From positions 26,476,001 to 26,540,000 of the forward strand of contig NW_024704743.1 of NCBI RefSeq assembly GCF_018977255.1: DNA of 64,000 nt, read 5' to 3'. Origin of the DNA: Callorhinchus milii (taxonomy: Eukaryota). The number at the start of each line of letters is the position of its first letter. Position 1 is the stretch's first letter. The notes below the pieces were generated by a model. It made no database searches and had not been told where the DNA came from. It was given only the letters and a program-made list of their open reading frames with translations. Below are positions 36,161-50,274 of this stretch, piece after piece. The position numbers were made by a program, and so were the translations under genes.

Positions 36161-36464
36161 TAATAATAATAATAATCCTTGCATTTCATATAGCGCTTTT
36201 CACATCGTCTAGACTTCTCAAAGTGCTTCACAGAATAGACTGTAAAGTGAATTGACTGTATATGTGTGGGCAAAATGGGGCAACCAATTGCACACAGCAG
36301 TGTCCCACAAACAGTCATGGATTGAAATGACCAATTTATTATTTTTTTCTGGTGGGGTTATTATCAGGCGTGTGGAAAATTGCCCAAGGTTTCACCCTAC
36401 TGGGGATCGAACCCAGGTCTCGCTTGCGAGGCGAGTGCTTTAACCACTGAGCTACAGGACTCCA
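36161..36464 (-). mobile_element. Full-length tRNA-derived SINE (B-type central deletion, A-like tail)
   Basis: Head rc ..accactgagctacaggactcca, lacks the central ctgtttacctagcag block, (ATT)n tail. Confidence 0.9.
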
Positions 36465-37674
36465 TAATATCCATGGCTTGATGTGCAAACATGTATATGA
36501 ATCAGGAAGGATTACTGGGTGCAATATCAATATTAATTCCACCTGATATATTGCCTAATAATCTGAAACATATTCAAAGTTTTGCCTAAAAAATTACCAG
36601 TCACTACAGTTTGCAGTAAATTTCTGTGAAACGCTTTGAGATGCTCCCCTGACGTAAAAAATGCAACAACAAATGCAAGGATTATATTGTTTAGTAATTT
36701 ATGTCAAGTGGAGCAGTTGTACTTATAGGCAAACCCAGTAGCGAATTAATTTGCTCACAGCAGGATCCCACAAATAGCCAAGAAGCAAATCACCAAATTA
36801 TTGGCCTTCTGACCATGTGCGGGAGCCCTGGCTCATTCTTCGTCTTCCACTTGAGGGGCATTGAGGTCAGTGGTAAGGTCACAAACATTGTCCTAATGGA
36901 GTTCTGCTAACGGGGATTGGATCTGCTCCATAGCAGTAACTCCTCAAGCAGGATTCTGAAAACCAGAGATGTTTGGGTAGCAATTATATTTGAAGCCAAT
37001 CCCTTTCACCCTCTGGACTTGCGAGTCAATAGCTACGAAAATGGACTGCTCTTGAGGTTGGGGTGACGAGGGAGGGGAGAATGCTGTAATTGTTTCACAC
37101 GTCGTTGGATGGCTCAGACTATTAGAATTGAGCAAAGGTGTCTATACTAATCAGCTCCAAGTGACAGCCTTGTGACTGTGGGCTGCAAACGCCTTAGGAT
37201 CCTCCACTGAAGAGGAAACACATAAACGGCTTTGTTTCAAACAGGCGCTAGATTTATTGGAGGGTTTCAGTGGATGAGCATCAACCCATTTATTTATTCA
37301 GCAGAAACAGCTGCTTTGCCAGTTCTGCTCACTTTGCTCCTACCATTTTTGACTGGGATGAATGACTTTAACAGGCCCTGGGTTGTGGTTTGTAGAGCTT
37401 TGCATAAATGAGACACCAGCCTGCAGTGTTTGCACAGCTGTGATATCCATCCAAGGACTTCATTAATGCTTTGGCCTTGGGGTACTCAAGTTATTTATTT
37501 ACTTTTCTGAGCTTTGAAAAGCTCACAGGTTGTTGCCTCACTGGGAGCATTTTTCAGGAAAGGTGTGTGACTGGGAATTTTGCTCTTAGCAGCTTAAAGT
37601 TATCACCTGCCGATTGCTAATGCTGTTGAACTTTTTGTTACAAGTCTTATAATGGGATTTGTGTTAATCTGAAT

Positions 37675-37960
37675 ATGGCTTGGTGGGCACATGGTGTGGT
37701 AATGAGCCATGTGTCACAGGAAATTCAAGTTCCATCCCTGGCCTATGTTGAGTTAACTGTTCTTAACTGGAAAAATGGTCAAGGCACTATTATTAGCTGC
37801 TCTGGATTGTGTATATGTGTGTGGAGGGGATTTACAGCTTGCACTGCCCCTCCTAATTGTCAATGAGTGATCCTTTCTGGAATGTACATGTGTGCGGAAT
37901 AGTACATGAGAAAAGGATGGGAGTTTACTGCTGAACTGTCCTCGGTTGACCAGCCTGCTA
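37675..37960 (+). mobile_element. Ancient SINE-like repeat (family C), diverged
   Basis: tgagccatgt..caagttccatccctggcctatgttgagttaactgttct..ctggaatgtacatgtgtgcgga..ggttgaccagcctgc. Confidence 0.5.
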
Positions 37961-39779
37961 GATTGGAATTAAATGCCAGAGGACAACAGTGGAGTTGTAG
38001 TCTATGAGGAGCCACCGAGGAGTGAAATACAATATTCGCAGATCAGATTCATTGAGTTTGTTGACATTTTTGGTTTGTGGATATCGGTACTGTGAGATTC
38101 ACATGAAAATGACAAACAGTGAATCTTCATCATTAATCATGGTTTCTGTGGTGCATAACAAAGGAAGGACCAGAGAAAGCAACCATCAAACACTGGTATA
38201 CCTTTAAAGTAACATTCCTGACACAACCATTGTAGTGCCTGCTACAAAATGGTCTACAAGAGAATGATGGTGGTGAAAACGCTTAAGTTTAAAAAAAAAA
38301 GACCCCGATGGGACATCTATTAACATGAAGTCATTTTGCTGAAGTTAGTAGTGGAATGATCCTTTTGATTTTTGTTGTACAGGAGCAATGGTGTGAATTC
38401 AGCAATAATTTTGTGCTGTTGGTGATTCTATCCTTCTAGTGGCTCAAAGGGAATTGGCATCCTGATACAAAAATGGAGCAGAAATTTGTTGAAATCGATC
38501 ATTTTTTATTTTTTTTGCAATTTTGTGTTTCCACTCCCCTGCGCTAACATGGGCGAAACGTATTGGATCACAGTTCCTTTGGCTCATTGCAACCTGTGAT
38601 ACATCGCATCAAGCAACTATTCTGCTTGTGTGAGCCATATATCCAAAGTGTCTGCCGAATATCCAATCTTGGAGTTAGGAGGTTGTCAATATTTTCTTTA
38701 AGCTCAATGTCCACACTCGATCTTTTTCAGCAGGTTTTAGATTGTAGATAATCATTAGAGACGGGGTAACCTTGGATAATTCCCCCTCCCCCCCACTAAC
38801 CTAGCGGGTGCTGAGGGCAATTATAGTACCTTAGTCAGTTAGCATTTGTTTAATAATACAAAGACCATTTACGACAACAGAAGACGGTACTCCACCCCCC
38901 CGTCCCCCAGCACATGCCTTTGTCGTGGACTTTAGCCCCATACATATTCAAACACCATTCTCGGACTGAGACTTTTCAGTTCTAAACAGATTTACCACTT
39001 CACCATAAACAACACAGGATCGTCCGACGGAAACAGCTGTCCTGTATCTCCAATTATCAAGTCATTTTCGATTGTGCTCTCTTGGGAAAATTCATACTTT
39101 AATCAGAACGTGCTGGTCAAAGCACCAGATACTTTTAATTATTAAAGGTTGCTTTTCCTTCTAACACAGGGATGATCACCGGGGCTGATTCTCCAGTAAG
39201 TTTACCAACCATGGTGATGTGAGCTTGGTGTGAGTGGAAAGTGCAGCATTCACAAACTGGACTTTGCTAAAAAAGCAGTTTGTGACTGAAATTGAGAGAT
39301 TTGCTACCAGAGTTGCTGAAGAAAGTAGAAACTGAATCATGAAGGCCAGTGATGGCTGTTTTGTGGGCTGCGTTTTTCTTTTGGTTTCTGAGCTTTTGTT
39401 GGACTTTTCAGAACTTTTCCCCCAACTGAGAATGGTGGTTGCAGATATCCACCAAAAGTCATTATCAGCACAGCCACTTCTGGACTGTAAACACCACAAA
39501 TTTTCAACCCACATGGAACTTTCATTCCTCCTTTTTGCTTCTCCTTGAAATGGCTGCTGGTAAGCTGTTCCACTTTGCAAAGCGTAAATAGTAAATAGTA
39601 GGTGTTTTTTATTCAGCTCAGTGGTTATCGTGACATATTTGGAAGCACAGTTTTCTCTGTGCCATTGATGCTTTACCTTGACTTCATTGAGGGGTTAATG
39701 ACTGCAAATTGTGCAGCTGATTACTGAGAAATAATAAGACCAGTAGACTTTACATGTTAGGTAACCAGCATGCACAGAA

Positions 39780-39990
39780 TTATAAGAACATAAGAATTTG
39801 CTATGTGAACGAAGACCAAGGTCTATCCAGTTTGCCTTCCACTATCCTGGCAGTCTCATGTCATGTCCCAAACTATATATCATATTCCGGGATGTTATTT
39901 TCTAACAGAAATCTATTTAATTTATTCTTAAGAGAATCAACACTTTCTGCTTTCACTGTTTCCCTAGGGAGCCTGCTGCACAAATTATAA
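39780..39990 (-). mobile_element. CR1 LINE 3' end (ataagaac-type tail)
   Basis: ataagaacataagaa tail repeat, then gaccaaggtctatccagtttgccttc and the rc of the ORF2 C-terminus. Confidence 0.7.
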
Positions 39991-40014
39991 TTTCTGAACA
40001 TGCATAATGATGTT

Positions 40015-40280
40015 GTTAAAAGAAACAGAGGGAGGTGAGGGGAAATGTTTTCATAGAGCGAGCTGTTCAGAACTGGAATGCATTGCCTGAACGAGTGGTG
40101 GAAGCTGATTCGTTAACAACTTTTAAGAGAGAAGTAGATAATTATCTGAGGAGGACAAGTTTTCAGGGCTATGGGGAGAGAGCGGGGGAGTGGGATTGAT
40201 TGGATAGCTCTTTTAAAAGAGCCGGCACAGACCCGATGGGCCAAATGGCGTCCTTCTGTGCTGTATAATTCTATGACTCT
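40015..40280 (+). mobile_element. CR1 LINE 3' end (HER1-like)
   Basis: Encodes FFIERAVQNWNALPERVVEADSLTTFKREVDNYL-like sequence. The 3' UTR is gccggcacagacccgatgggccaaatggcgtccttctgtgctgtataattctatgactct. Confidence 0.9.
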
Positions 40281-40789
40281 TTGAATGATAAAGAGAGATT
40301 ACCTCTCTGCTGTTTTTTTGGAGGGGAGGGAGGAATGAAGTAAAAGTTTAAATAGTAATTTTGTAGCTGAACAAGTCTGGGGATCAATACTTGGTACATA
40401 CATGTGTCAAGCTGGGCGTTGCAGACCAGAATAGGTACCAGAGTGGCTCTGATGACAGCATGTTCTCACATGCCAGTGGTCTAACGTGACAACCTCGGGG
40501 CTAGAAATATTATTGCTTTGGAAAGATACCATCCAGCAGAGTTACCCACTAGGCACTTTTGCTAGGGACAGTTAAACAAGTCCAAAAAGAATTGATGTAC
40601 CTCTGTTATAATATACATCTCTTACAACTTACCCATTGGAGTCTAAATTGTGGGAGGCACAAAATTAGCAAATCCCAGATGTTGCAGCAGCCAGCCTCTC
40701 TACTTGAGCTGCAACTTCTCAAAGTCAGAACTGAAATTGGTGTCCGAGCAGCAGAGTCCCAGCTAGTCAATTGTGACACATAAGGGGTT

Positions 40790-40883
40790 TGCCATCTTAC
40801 AGCCACCTTCCCCATGCTCGGCGTCGTGCTCCGAGATACTACCCTGCATGAGGGACGCTATATAAATGCAAGTTGTTGTTGTC
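40790..40883 (+). mobile_element. L2 3' tail fragment
   Basis: taccctgcatgagggacgctatataaatgcaagttgttgttg. Confidence 0.7.
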
Positions 40884-42299
40884 AAAGATATTATGTGAAG
40901 CACCTTCTCCATAACTCAGTTCTCTCTGTAACACACTCTTTCTGTACCTCCCAAAGAAAGCCTTTTGGAAAGGATCTGCTGTACTGATATACTCAATGAA
41001 AGCCAAAGCCAAAAGTTCACATTGACATTTTGTATTAATTCCTTACCGTTGTCATGCCGCTATTTTCTTTCCCTCCAATTATCTCCCATTCTCTCCTGAA
41101 TGTGGTGTCACACATGGGGGATTCGAGGTGGGGGGGGTTAAAGTTCAACTGACACTGGAGCCTACCATTATTTAACCAAAGTGGTCATTCGTGCATTGTA
41201 GGAGACTTACTTAGTGAGTGTTGACCAACTGAAACAGCGTCAGCCCAATTCCATCCTTTCCCATATCGGATCTCTGAGCAGCGCAACAAATATGATTGGA
41301 ATAATATATAGAAAACGAGTCCATTCCTGTTCCATTTAGGAGGAATTTGTATCCTCCCACAGCTGGAAGGAATACTGTTTCAAGTTGTCAAATGCAAATT
41401 AAAGGTTCAGTAGATTATACCCCAAATGCCAGATTTTGAAGGAGTTTATTGACAAGGTAAACAAAGGATATTCCCTCTTGGATGTTCCCTGTCGCACAAT
41501 TTTTGCAGACAGCTTTCTGGAGCAGGCAGGGAGGGGGAGTACTTCCTTGTAAAATCTTTTCCTGAAAACGCTATACAGTAGCTTTCCCTTAAATCCAACA
41601 AGAAGGAGCACTGATGCAATTTTTCTCCTGCCTGTTTTTACCCTCCTCCCTGATACTGTGGCTCTACATCCAGATCTGGAGAAATGAATGGCTTCTTGAG
41701 CGCTTATTTTTTTTTTGAACTGTGGTTTCAGAACGCTCCACCTCAGAGAGCTGCGCTCCCTCCACGTAACTCTGGGGAGATCCTCTGCCTGGGTTTTCAG
41801 AATTTGCTAAAGGAAATCCGTGCAACTGTGGGAAACATGTGGGGCTATGTCATGCTTGTTAACCAGCTGTGGTGTCTGAGTGGGAGCAGGTTACAGTTCA
41901 TTTGGCACCAAGATGCTTTTTGTGTTTTTTCATATATTGCAGCAGGAGTGTGAAATATACATATTGTTTACAGAAATGGAAATGTTAATGCTGTTTTGAA
42001 GCACTCAGTGGAAAATCTACTCACTTCCCTTACCCCCCTCCCCTGCACCCATGACCAAAGATCTCAAATTTCCAGTGTTGTGTCAGGCTGTTCCTCTCTG
42101 ACACTCACTCTTGTATTGCTTACTTTGCAAACATGGTGACCCAAATCACAAATGATCACAAACAGACCCTGACATTTTCTTGGTTGAAAAATTAAATCAA
42201 ATATAATTTTAAACAAAATGAAATTCAAGTAAATCCTGTGAATGCAAGGATTATTTTTATTTATAGGATTATTATTAAGTCCTGGATGAGCTTCAACTT

Positions 42300-42614
42300 G
42301 GAGTCCTGTAGCTCAGGGGTTAGAGCACTCGCTTTGCAAGCGAGAGACCTGAGTTCAATTCCAGGCAGGGCGAAATCTTGGGCAAGTTTCCTTACTTCAC
42401 ACGCCTAATAATTAATCCCTCCCAAACCAAAAACAATAATAAATTGGTCATTTTCAATCTACGACTGTTTGTGGGACATTGCTGTGCGCAATTGGCTGCC
42501 GCGTTGGCCCACAAATATACAGTCAATTCACTTTACAGTGTGTTCTGTGAAGCGCTTTGGGACGTCCTCCTGACGTGAAAAGCGCTATATCAAATGCAAG
42601 GATTATTATTATTA
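42300..42614 (+). mobile_element. Young full-length tRNA-derived SINE, subtype B
   Basis: Near-identical to 18120-18435. Confidence 0.92.
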
Positions 42615-42679
42615 TAACTTTCTTCAAATTAGCATGTGCAATACAGAAGCCATCCTCCTCAATACCTGCCAGTGTTGCC

Positions 42680-42893
42680 TTGCTTCCATCTCTGGCTTCC
42701 TCAACACTTCCATTTCTTCTTTCAAGGTCCGTCACAAGAACTTCCACTTCGATCGCACCTTCAGTCATCTTCCCCACCTCCCCATGGGCTCCCACTGCCA
42801 GCTTGGGTGCCAAGCCAAGACTATCAAGTGCCTTGGGATGTCCTCCTGACATGAAAGGCTCTATATAAACATAATTTTGTTGTTGTTGTTGGT
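42680..42893 (+). mobile_element. L2 3' end
   Basis: Encodes SSFKVRHKNFHFD; tail gtgccttgggatgtcctcctgacatgaaaggctctatataa..ttgttgttgttg. Confidence 0.8.
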
Positions 42894-44629
42894 GTTTTTA
42901 AGAAAAAAGGCTGAAAACTCAAGGCAAAAAGCCAGAAATGATAACACTGGCCATAAAACAACCCTTACAGATTAATTTCTGCAGTTTCATTGAAAACTCC
43001 TAAATCACTGTTAGTACAGCGCTTCTATCTATCATGTTTTCATCCTCATTGTGTGTTGACACAAGGAGGATAAATTTGAGATTTTTACAAGCTGACCTTC
43101 TAAGAACGTCCAGTATAACTTGAGCACTGCACTGATTCATCTCTCAACAATTCCACACACACAGCTCTGTGTGACCGAAACATCTGTTGTTCCTTACTGC
43201 ACCGGTGTAATACACCACTTGTGTTTTGCTGTATAAAAAAAACAGAAATACTTTAGATCAGAGATAATGGAAACTGAAATTGACTTTGGGTCTGAATCAT
43301 CTGCTCCTTGAGATCCATTTGTGTAGATTATAAGTACCGACTGGACAGGATGGGACAAATGACTTGTTTCTGGGCTGTACTTACTGTGAATCCTTGGCAT
43401 AGGATATTTATGTTTATTATTGTTTTCAACCTTTAAAACAAACTGCAAAATTCCCACACATTCAACATCCTCACTCTCCCACTGGACTTTCTGATATTAG
43501 TCTCCTTTCTAGACTTAATGTCCATGTTGTTTAATTGCTATTTAATGACACTTCTGATAGATAAATAAATATAAATTTTGTATGCTGGACATACAGTATT
43601 AGGATAAATGTACTGTTGCCACATAGATTTTGGTCACACTCCTCCTGGTTTGGTCACACAGCCCAGATCCCATTCCTCCCGGTTCATAAAGGTGATCAGG
43701 CCAGAGAAAACTCCAGAATCATTGCCCATCCCAACAACTCTACTAATCGTCGCTGACTTGATGTCTTGTATATTGAGGGGAAAAAAATGTTGCATCTGAT
43801 ATTATCCCTGTGTTAATTATCACATCAATCAAAAATGTTGTCAAAAGCAGTCAATAGTTGCCACTTGTCTTCAGATGGTGACTTTGGGGGTTAGGTCATT
43901 CCCGAGGCCATTCATAACTATTTGCTTTTGACCACTTTTTGGTTCATGTGATGATCTTCACCAGTGGTATTATTATATGCTTAATTTTTCCTTCTCTCCC
44001 CATGTAATATTCCCCCCCCCACCCAACTCTCAATTGTACAGGATCCATAATGTCCTGTGAAGCATTTGATCAATTCAGTAAACATGCCTGCTATCCTGTT
44101 GGGAATCAGATGTATATTCAGCTCTTTTCAATGGTCCCATACAATGTTTGATCATTCCTTATCCTTAGAATCTTCTAAGCAGATATTTGCATTTGAAGGA
44201 ATATGTTGGGAATGCAGATTGTGGTTAAAAGTTATTCTCTGCTTTTGGTGGGAAGCTGCTCCACATTTCCATTGGATTGACAATGACCTTTGACTTGTAA
44301 GATTTCGTATGAAAGAGATGAAAATTTTGACAAAAGATCAAATAAATGATAAAATGCCAATAATACAATAAGATTTGCAGAGCTCCGAGATGATTTTGCA
44401 ATTTTATTTGCTAAACAGAAGTTGTGATTAGCACAGTGACGTACATCCATTTTAATCCTCAAAAATCTTTCATTCTGCACATCCTGACCAAGACTGCTCT
44501 TCTGCATCTCCCTACTTCTGCGATTTTCTGCCACCTCAGTCTTCTGCTTGCCCCCTACACTTGATGAACTTGCTTTTGCTGTGCGTTCTCTGCCTCCCCT
44601 TCTCTCTCTTTCTCCCTCCCATCACTAGC

Positions 44630-44825
44630 CAAGTCTTCAGCCTTTATGCCCCACCCTCTGGAACTCGTCTTGTCTTGTGCCCTTGCTATCCGTCTTCAAA
44701 AATCTACCATTTTGACGGTGCCTACAGCCCTCTTTAGCCTCTCCGACTTTCCTCCACCCTCCAGACATTCCGTAGAGCACTCCCAAGACATTATTCCATG
44801 TGAAAGGCACTAAAAAAATGCAAAC
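44630..44825 (+). mobile_element. Old L2 3' end
   Basis: Encodes VFSLYAPTLWNS; degenerate tail ccatgtgaaaggcac..aaatgcaa. Confidence 0.6.
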
Positions 44826-46203
44826 TGATGTAATGGCTGACCTGATAGAACCTTCAGTGGAAGCTGTAGGAAATATCCTCAAGGGTTCACCTCTGCTGTG
44901 GGATAATCCTTCTGTTTGTTGTTTTCTGCTACAATATACATAACCTGGCATCTCTCTTCATTAAGATCAGTTGTTCAGTCTATAGTTAAGAAGAGAGAGA
45001 AAGATTGTTCAGTGAAAATACTTCAGGAGTCTGTTGCTCCCACCTTGTTGAGTTCAGTTACCCACCTAAATATTGATAACACATCCTGAAATTTTGAGAT
45101 AATATTGCGATGAAGGAAACATTCTGTCTTCAGCAGTTATATCTGAAAATAAAATCCCATGAGGCAACAGAGAAACAGTGCTTCTGTAAGCAGATTCATA
45201 TCGCTCTTTATCTATTCGAGCGGGTATGTTTTGAATAACTGCATTTACAACAAAGCACATACCTGTACATAATCCTAACTGAGATCAGTTGACTTAGCAC
45301 AGATCGGATAGGTATCTCTCCAGCCTTTATGGCTTGGCCATACACTGAGTGAACTCATTGAGCCATGCCTGAAGTGCCTAAGTTTCGTGTTTTACGACAT
45401 TGACGGCTTGCATTTATATAGCGCCCTTCACAAAGGATAGTTCAGGCAGATTGTTTAATAAAAATTCATGCAAAAGTGTGAGCATTACTTGCACAAGAAC
45501 TCTCTCTATAGTGTTCTCTTTTATCAAGGAAGAATGGTTTCATTAAAACAAATGATGCTGCCTTGTGGCCACCTCTGACTTCTCACTGACATTCTTTGTC
45601 ACTCCAAAAAACTCTTTACACAGAGATTGAACCTTTAGTGCACACTTGAGCATAAATCTTCATTTCAGTGGGTGGAAGAGGGTGATTGCAGATGGAATTG
45701 CTCCAATCTACTGTTCGTGGCATTTCACATAGGGATACTATTCAAAGAAACAGCTGGTAAGAAGGGTGGGAGGTTCTGTGTGTAGATAAATGGGGCAGCT
45801 TAGTTGAAAAAAGGAACATTTCCTTAGTCTAAAGTGAGGATAGGATTCCAATTGCAGGGCAGACCTATTATACGCACCTCACGAGAGAGAGAATTCACTG
45901 ATAATGTGGGTGTTCTGTGGACTTGTGTTGACAAGTGGCAGTATGCTTCTGGCATGGGGTTGGACTGACTGGCATCTTGTGCCTGCGTGCAGCATACAGG
46001 AGGCAGCTGATGATCCGTGACTGCTAAAGAGAGCTTTTCTATTGCAAGTAATGCTCGCAATAGCGATCGCAGTTGGTTGCACAGATTAGAAGTGGCTTCA
46101 GCAATAGTCCTGAAAGCTGGACTAGAGTCTTTCTTTTTTGGATGAGTTACATTGGGGGATGGGGAGGTCTAATTTTACAGACACAAAACACCATGTTATA
46201 ACA

Positions 46204-46577
46204 AATAATAATAATAATCCTTGCATTTGATATAGTGCTCTATCACGTCACTGAGATGTCTGAAAGCGCTTCACAGAATATACTGTAAAGTGAATTGACT
46301 GTATATTTTGGGAGTGAAACGTAGCAGCTAATTACGCACAGTAGTGTCCTACAAACATTCGTGAATTGAGTGATCAAATTATTATTTAGTTATTTTTTTG
46401 AAGGGATTATAGCCCCAGAAAAGCCAATCGACTAACAACCAGGTTTCTACTTGCTGTTAGGTAAACAAAGGCATGTGGAGTAAGGAAACTTGCCTAAGAT
46501 TTTGCCCTGCCTGGGATTCGAATCCGGGTCTTCTTGCTTGCGAGGCGAATGCTCTATCAATATGCTGCAGGACTCCA
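46204..46577 (-). mobile_element. Full-length tRNA-derived SINE, subtype A
   Basis: Tail, body, central block (rc ctacttgctgttaggtaaacaaaggc) and head ending caggactcca. Confidence 0.9.
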
Positions 46578-46971
46578 TAATGGGATCGCTTTTCCTGGGG
46601 TAATAATCCCTTAAAAAAAAATGCCCTGTACAATGGAGAACCACTGAAAACGACCGGTATGAGATTGATCATTGGGAGATAGTTGTTCAGCAAAACATCT
46701 GCTGTTGTGGCCCGAGGGCATATTGTTTTATCTGGCAATGCCAATCACTGTCAAGTTGAAAAAAGCACAGTGTCCTATGTTGGAGTCTACTTTGCAGTAT
46801 TTCTTAATGAATTTTGTAATTATCTAAGAAATCCATTAGTTCCTGATACCAACTCGCAGGATCACTGCTGTATCGTGATCTATTTTTGAGTTGTATAATG
46901 TGCTTGATGTACTTTCACTTGTATCAGTTCTTAATTAAGTCCCATAGCAGAAACAGTTAGTCGATTGGCGG

Positions 46972-47338
46972 ACTCATATGTAGCATCGTGGTTAGGTCAC
47001 TCGCCTCGCAAACAGGAGGACCCGTGCTCGATACCCGGGTGGGGCGAAATGTTGGGCAATTTCCTTATTATGCCTCTGTTTACCTAGCAGTAAGTAGGAT
47101 CCGGGTTGTTATTTGATCGGTGGATTGCTTTTCTGTGGGTAATAATCCCTTAAAAAATATATTAATTTGGTCACTCAATCCACAGCTGTTTGTAGGACAC
47201 TGCTGCATGCAATTGGCTGCCGCGTATTGCCTCAAAATATGCAGTCAATTCACTTTGCATTATATTCTTTGAGGTGCTTTGAGCCGTCTCGAAGATCTGA
47301 TAGGGCACTATATCAAATATAAGGATTTTTGTTATTAT
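46972..47338 (+). mobile_element. Full-length tRNA-derived SINE, subtype A
   Basis: Head tgtagcatcgtggttaggtcactcgcc, central gcctctgtttacctagcagtaagtagg, tail tatatcaaatataaggattttt. Confidence 0.9.
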
Positions 47339-48224
47339 AAATTAAGAAATCTCATCAAGGAATACTGCAAATTGGACCTGATTGTTTCCATGCATTCTTA
47401 TACCTTTAAACACTTTTTTATGAATAATCTTTCAAAGCAAGCTCCATTTATTTCCTTCAATAGCAGGTGTCGAAAGGAGGAGAGCATTTTGTAAAATGTT
47501 ATTTCCAGCCATTAACGTATTTCTTTCTGCAACTTGGTATGAATTCTAATTGTACAGCCTGGAATATGGAGAAGTCCGACTGAGCAGAAGTCTCAAACGT
47601 CATTACTGTGCATGGGAAGATAGGGAGTATGTATCAGAATTTCTCCCAGCCTGAGCTCTTCATTGGGTGAAGCTTATGCACTGAGGACTCTTCAGTATGA
47701 ACGGGCAAAAGAATGACAGATGCAACAAATAAAAAAAATACAATGGGGGTTACTTCTCAGCAGGCTCATTTGCAAGCAACATATGTTAGGAGTAAGTATA
47801 ACAGAAATAAACAGTCTAAACAGAAGCACTTCTTTGGATTTAAAAGAACAGTTCATGGCATTTTGTTTACGCCGGATTTCGACATTTGTGAAACATTTGT
47901 AATTTGGTCGAATCTAACAAATAAGACTCTTTAAAGAAAGGATCTATTGTATTTTGTTCCAAAAAAAACACATTGGTTTCATTATTAAAAGCAAACCCTT
48001 TCCATTCAATGTGTTTTTAACCAAACGTATTCATCAATGTATGAAATTTCAGCAGGGATTTCTGGATTGAAAGTCACAAGTATTTGATTTTCTCTTTTTC
48101 AGAAAATATTGGTTTAGAGGATTAAAGAATCATATTAAAAGTGCTGTTTTCATGGTCAGTATGACGTGGTCTATCCTCAGTGTTTCTGCCCATGAGTTTG
48201 TCTCTGACACACTCAGCGGGATTA

Positions 48225-48660
48225 TGCAAAAAATCTTGCATTTGTTCCAGTGCCATATTGTGTCGTTGAGATGTCTCGAAGTGCTTCACAGGATATACTG
48301 TAAAGCAGTTTTGATTATGTATTTTGTTGTCGAAATGCGACAGCCAGTTTGCGCACAGCATTGTTCTGCAAACAGCCTTGAAGTGAGTGACCAATTTTAT
48401 TTTGGGGGATTATTGGCCAGGACATCAGCAGAAACTCACTTTTATCTTAAATATTGCCATTGGATCTTTAACGTCCACCCGAACAGGACCTCGGTTTTAA
48501 AGTGTCATCTGAAAGATGGCACCTCCAACACTGCAACACACCCTCAGCACTGCATTAAAATGTTCATCTTAGACTTTGGGATTCCAAGTCCTGATGTGGG
48601 GCTTGAACCCACAATTTTCTGACTGAGAGGTGAGAGTGCTACCACTGAGCCAGGCTGAGA
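48225..48660 (-). mobile_element. Deu-domain SINE, full length
   Basis: ggatctttaacgtccacccgaacaggacctcggtttt..atctgaaagatggcacctccaaca..gtggggcttgaacccacaa..gagagtgctaccactgagcc. Confidence 0.85.
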
Positions 48661-50274
48661 AAGGGAGGGATCAGGAAATCATTCAACGTTTACGGCACAG
48701 ATTATTTATGAGGTTTATGGATAATAACAGATGCCCTAGTACATAACCCTGGGGATGTCACTGACCACATCTCAAAGTCCTTTTATCCCTAAATGCTTTT
48801 TCCCCCTACCCTATATCTCCATTATAGCCATCTCTCTTTCTATGCATCCATTTTCCCCATTTGCCTTATTATTTGCACCAAGCCTCTTAAGTAACATCTT
48901 ATGGCTTTCAGCAGCCTGGCTCAGTGGTAGGTCTTTCACCGCGGAATCTAGAATGCTGTGAGTTCAAGCCTCACGTCAAACTTTGAGCTGATAGTCTAGG
49001 GACTGACATGCAGTTCTGGGGGAGCATCTTATCAAATGTAAGCATTATTTATGAAAATCCATGCATTTCCACACATCAACTATTTAGACAACAAAATATC
49101 CACCTGAGTTTGTACCCATAAATAATAAGCCAGGAAGAAGGCTTTAATTGTATCAAAAGCTGGACTCGGTACAGTTGCTATCATTGATATGCTAATGTCA
49201 CAGTAAGTCATAGTAGTTTGTGCAGTCTACAATTTGAAATGTTAAAGATTCTCAGAGGCATTAAAATCATGAGCCAAAGTTGTAGAATCAGCGATAACAG
49301 GATCTTGGAGTCTAATTTGTGGTATTTCACAACAGGATTCCACAATAAGGAATCCAAAACATGCAAATGTGGATTGCAATTTGCATGCATGTCGAATTCA
49401 GATTTCAAGCGCTCTGAGCCATTATCCCTCATGAAGGGCGCTACATAATTGTACATTGTTGTTGTTGCTTCCGGGAACCGAAAGTATGTCATACCAATGA
49501 CCTATGTACAGTACTTTTCGAGTGGAGTTCACATGGATTGACAGGAATTCCAATGAGATTCCTTATTTAAGGCATCTTATTTTCAGTATTTCTCAAAGGT
49601 AAGAATTGTTACAAAATTTACAGCAATAATTGAAATCACAGAACGACCAGCAAAACGCAACAAATTCCTGCTCTTCTTAAATAGCTGAGTGCAGAAACTG
49701 CATTTTTTTAATATTTTTTTTTTTTGGAAATGAGACAACATAAATCTCTCCCATCACTTGTATTAAAATGAAAAGATCCAGCACACACCCAAGCCCAGAT
49801 GGTTATGTCTGGCTTCACATCACCTGGAGTAGTAGAGTACTTGGTGAGCCTATTGAACTGTATACTGTCCCGAGAGCACTGCTGAAACAGGTTCAGACTG
49901 CAGGTGGGTGGCAAAGAGCAGCTGCAGTCTGCACAGCCCACCCAGATTTGATGTGCCATCCCTGGTGGAGTAGGTGGAGTTCTGCCCTGAAAAATAGTTT
50001 TCTTTGAGAAATTCACTTTTTTCTGACATACATTTTACATTGCATGTTTCTCTTTTGTTAAGTACACTAAAACTCTGGCTAGCCGGACTAATGGATGGGG
50101 AGATCCAGTCCAGTGAGACAACATTTCCAGCTAAGTGTAATTTAAAAAAATCTTGGTGCTGGCTTTTACCAGTGCCCCCAAATACTGGTAAATGCCAGTA
50201 CCAGTATGGTAATTGTTTGAATCCTGCGAACAGAAGATACTGAATAAGTTATCTTGCTTAGAGGACTCTATTCG

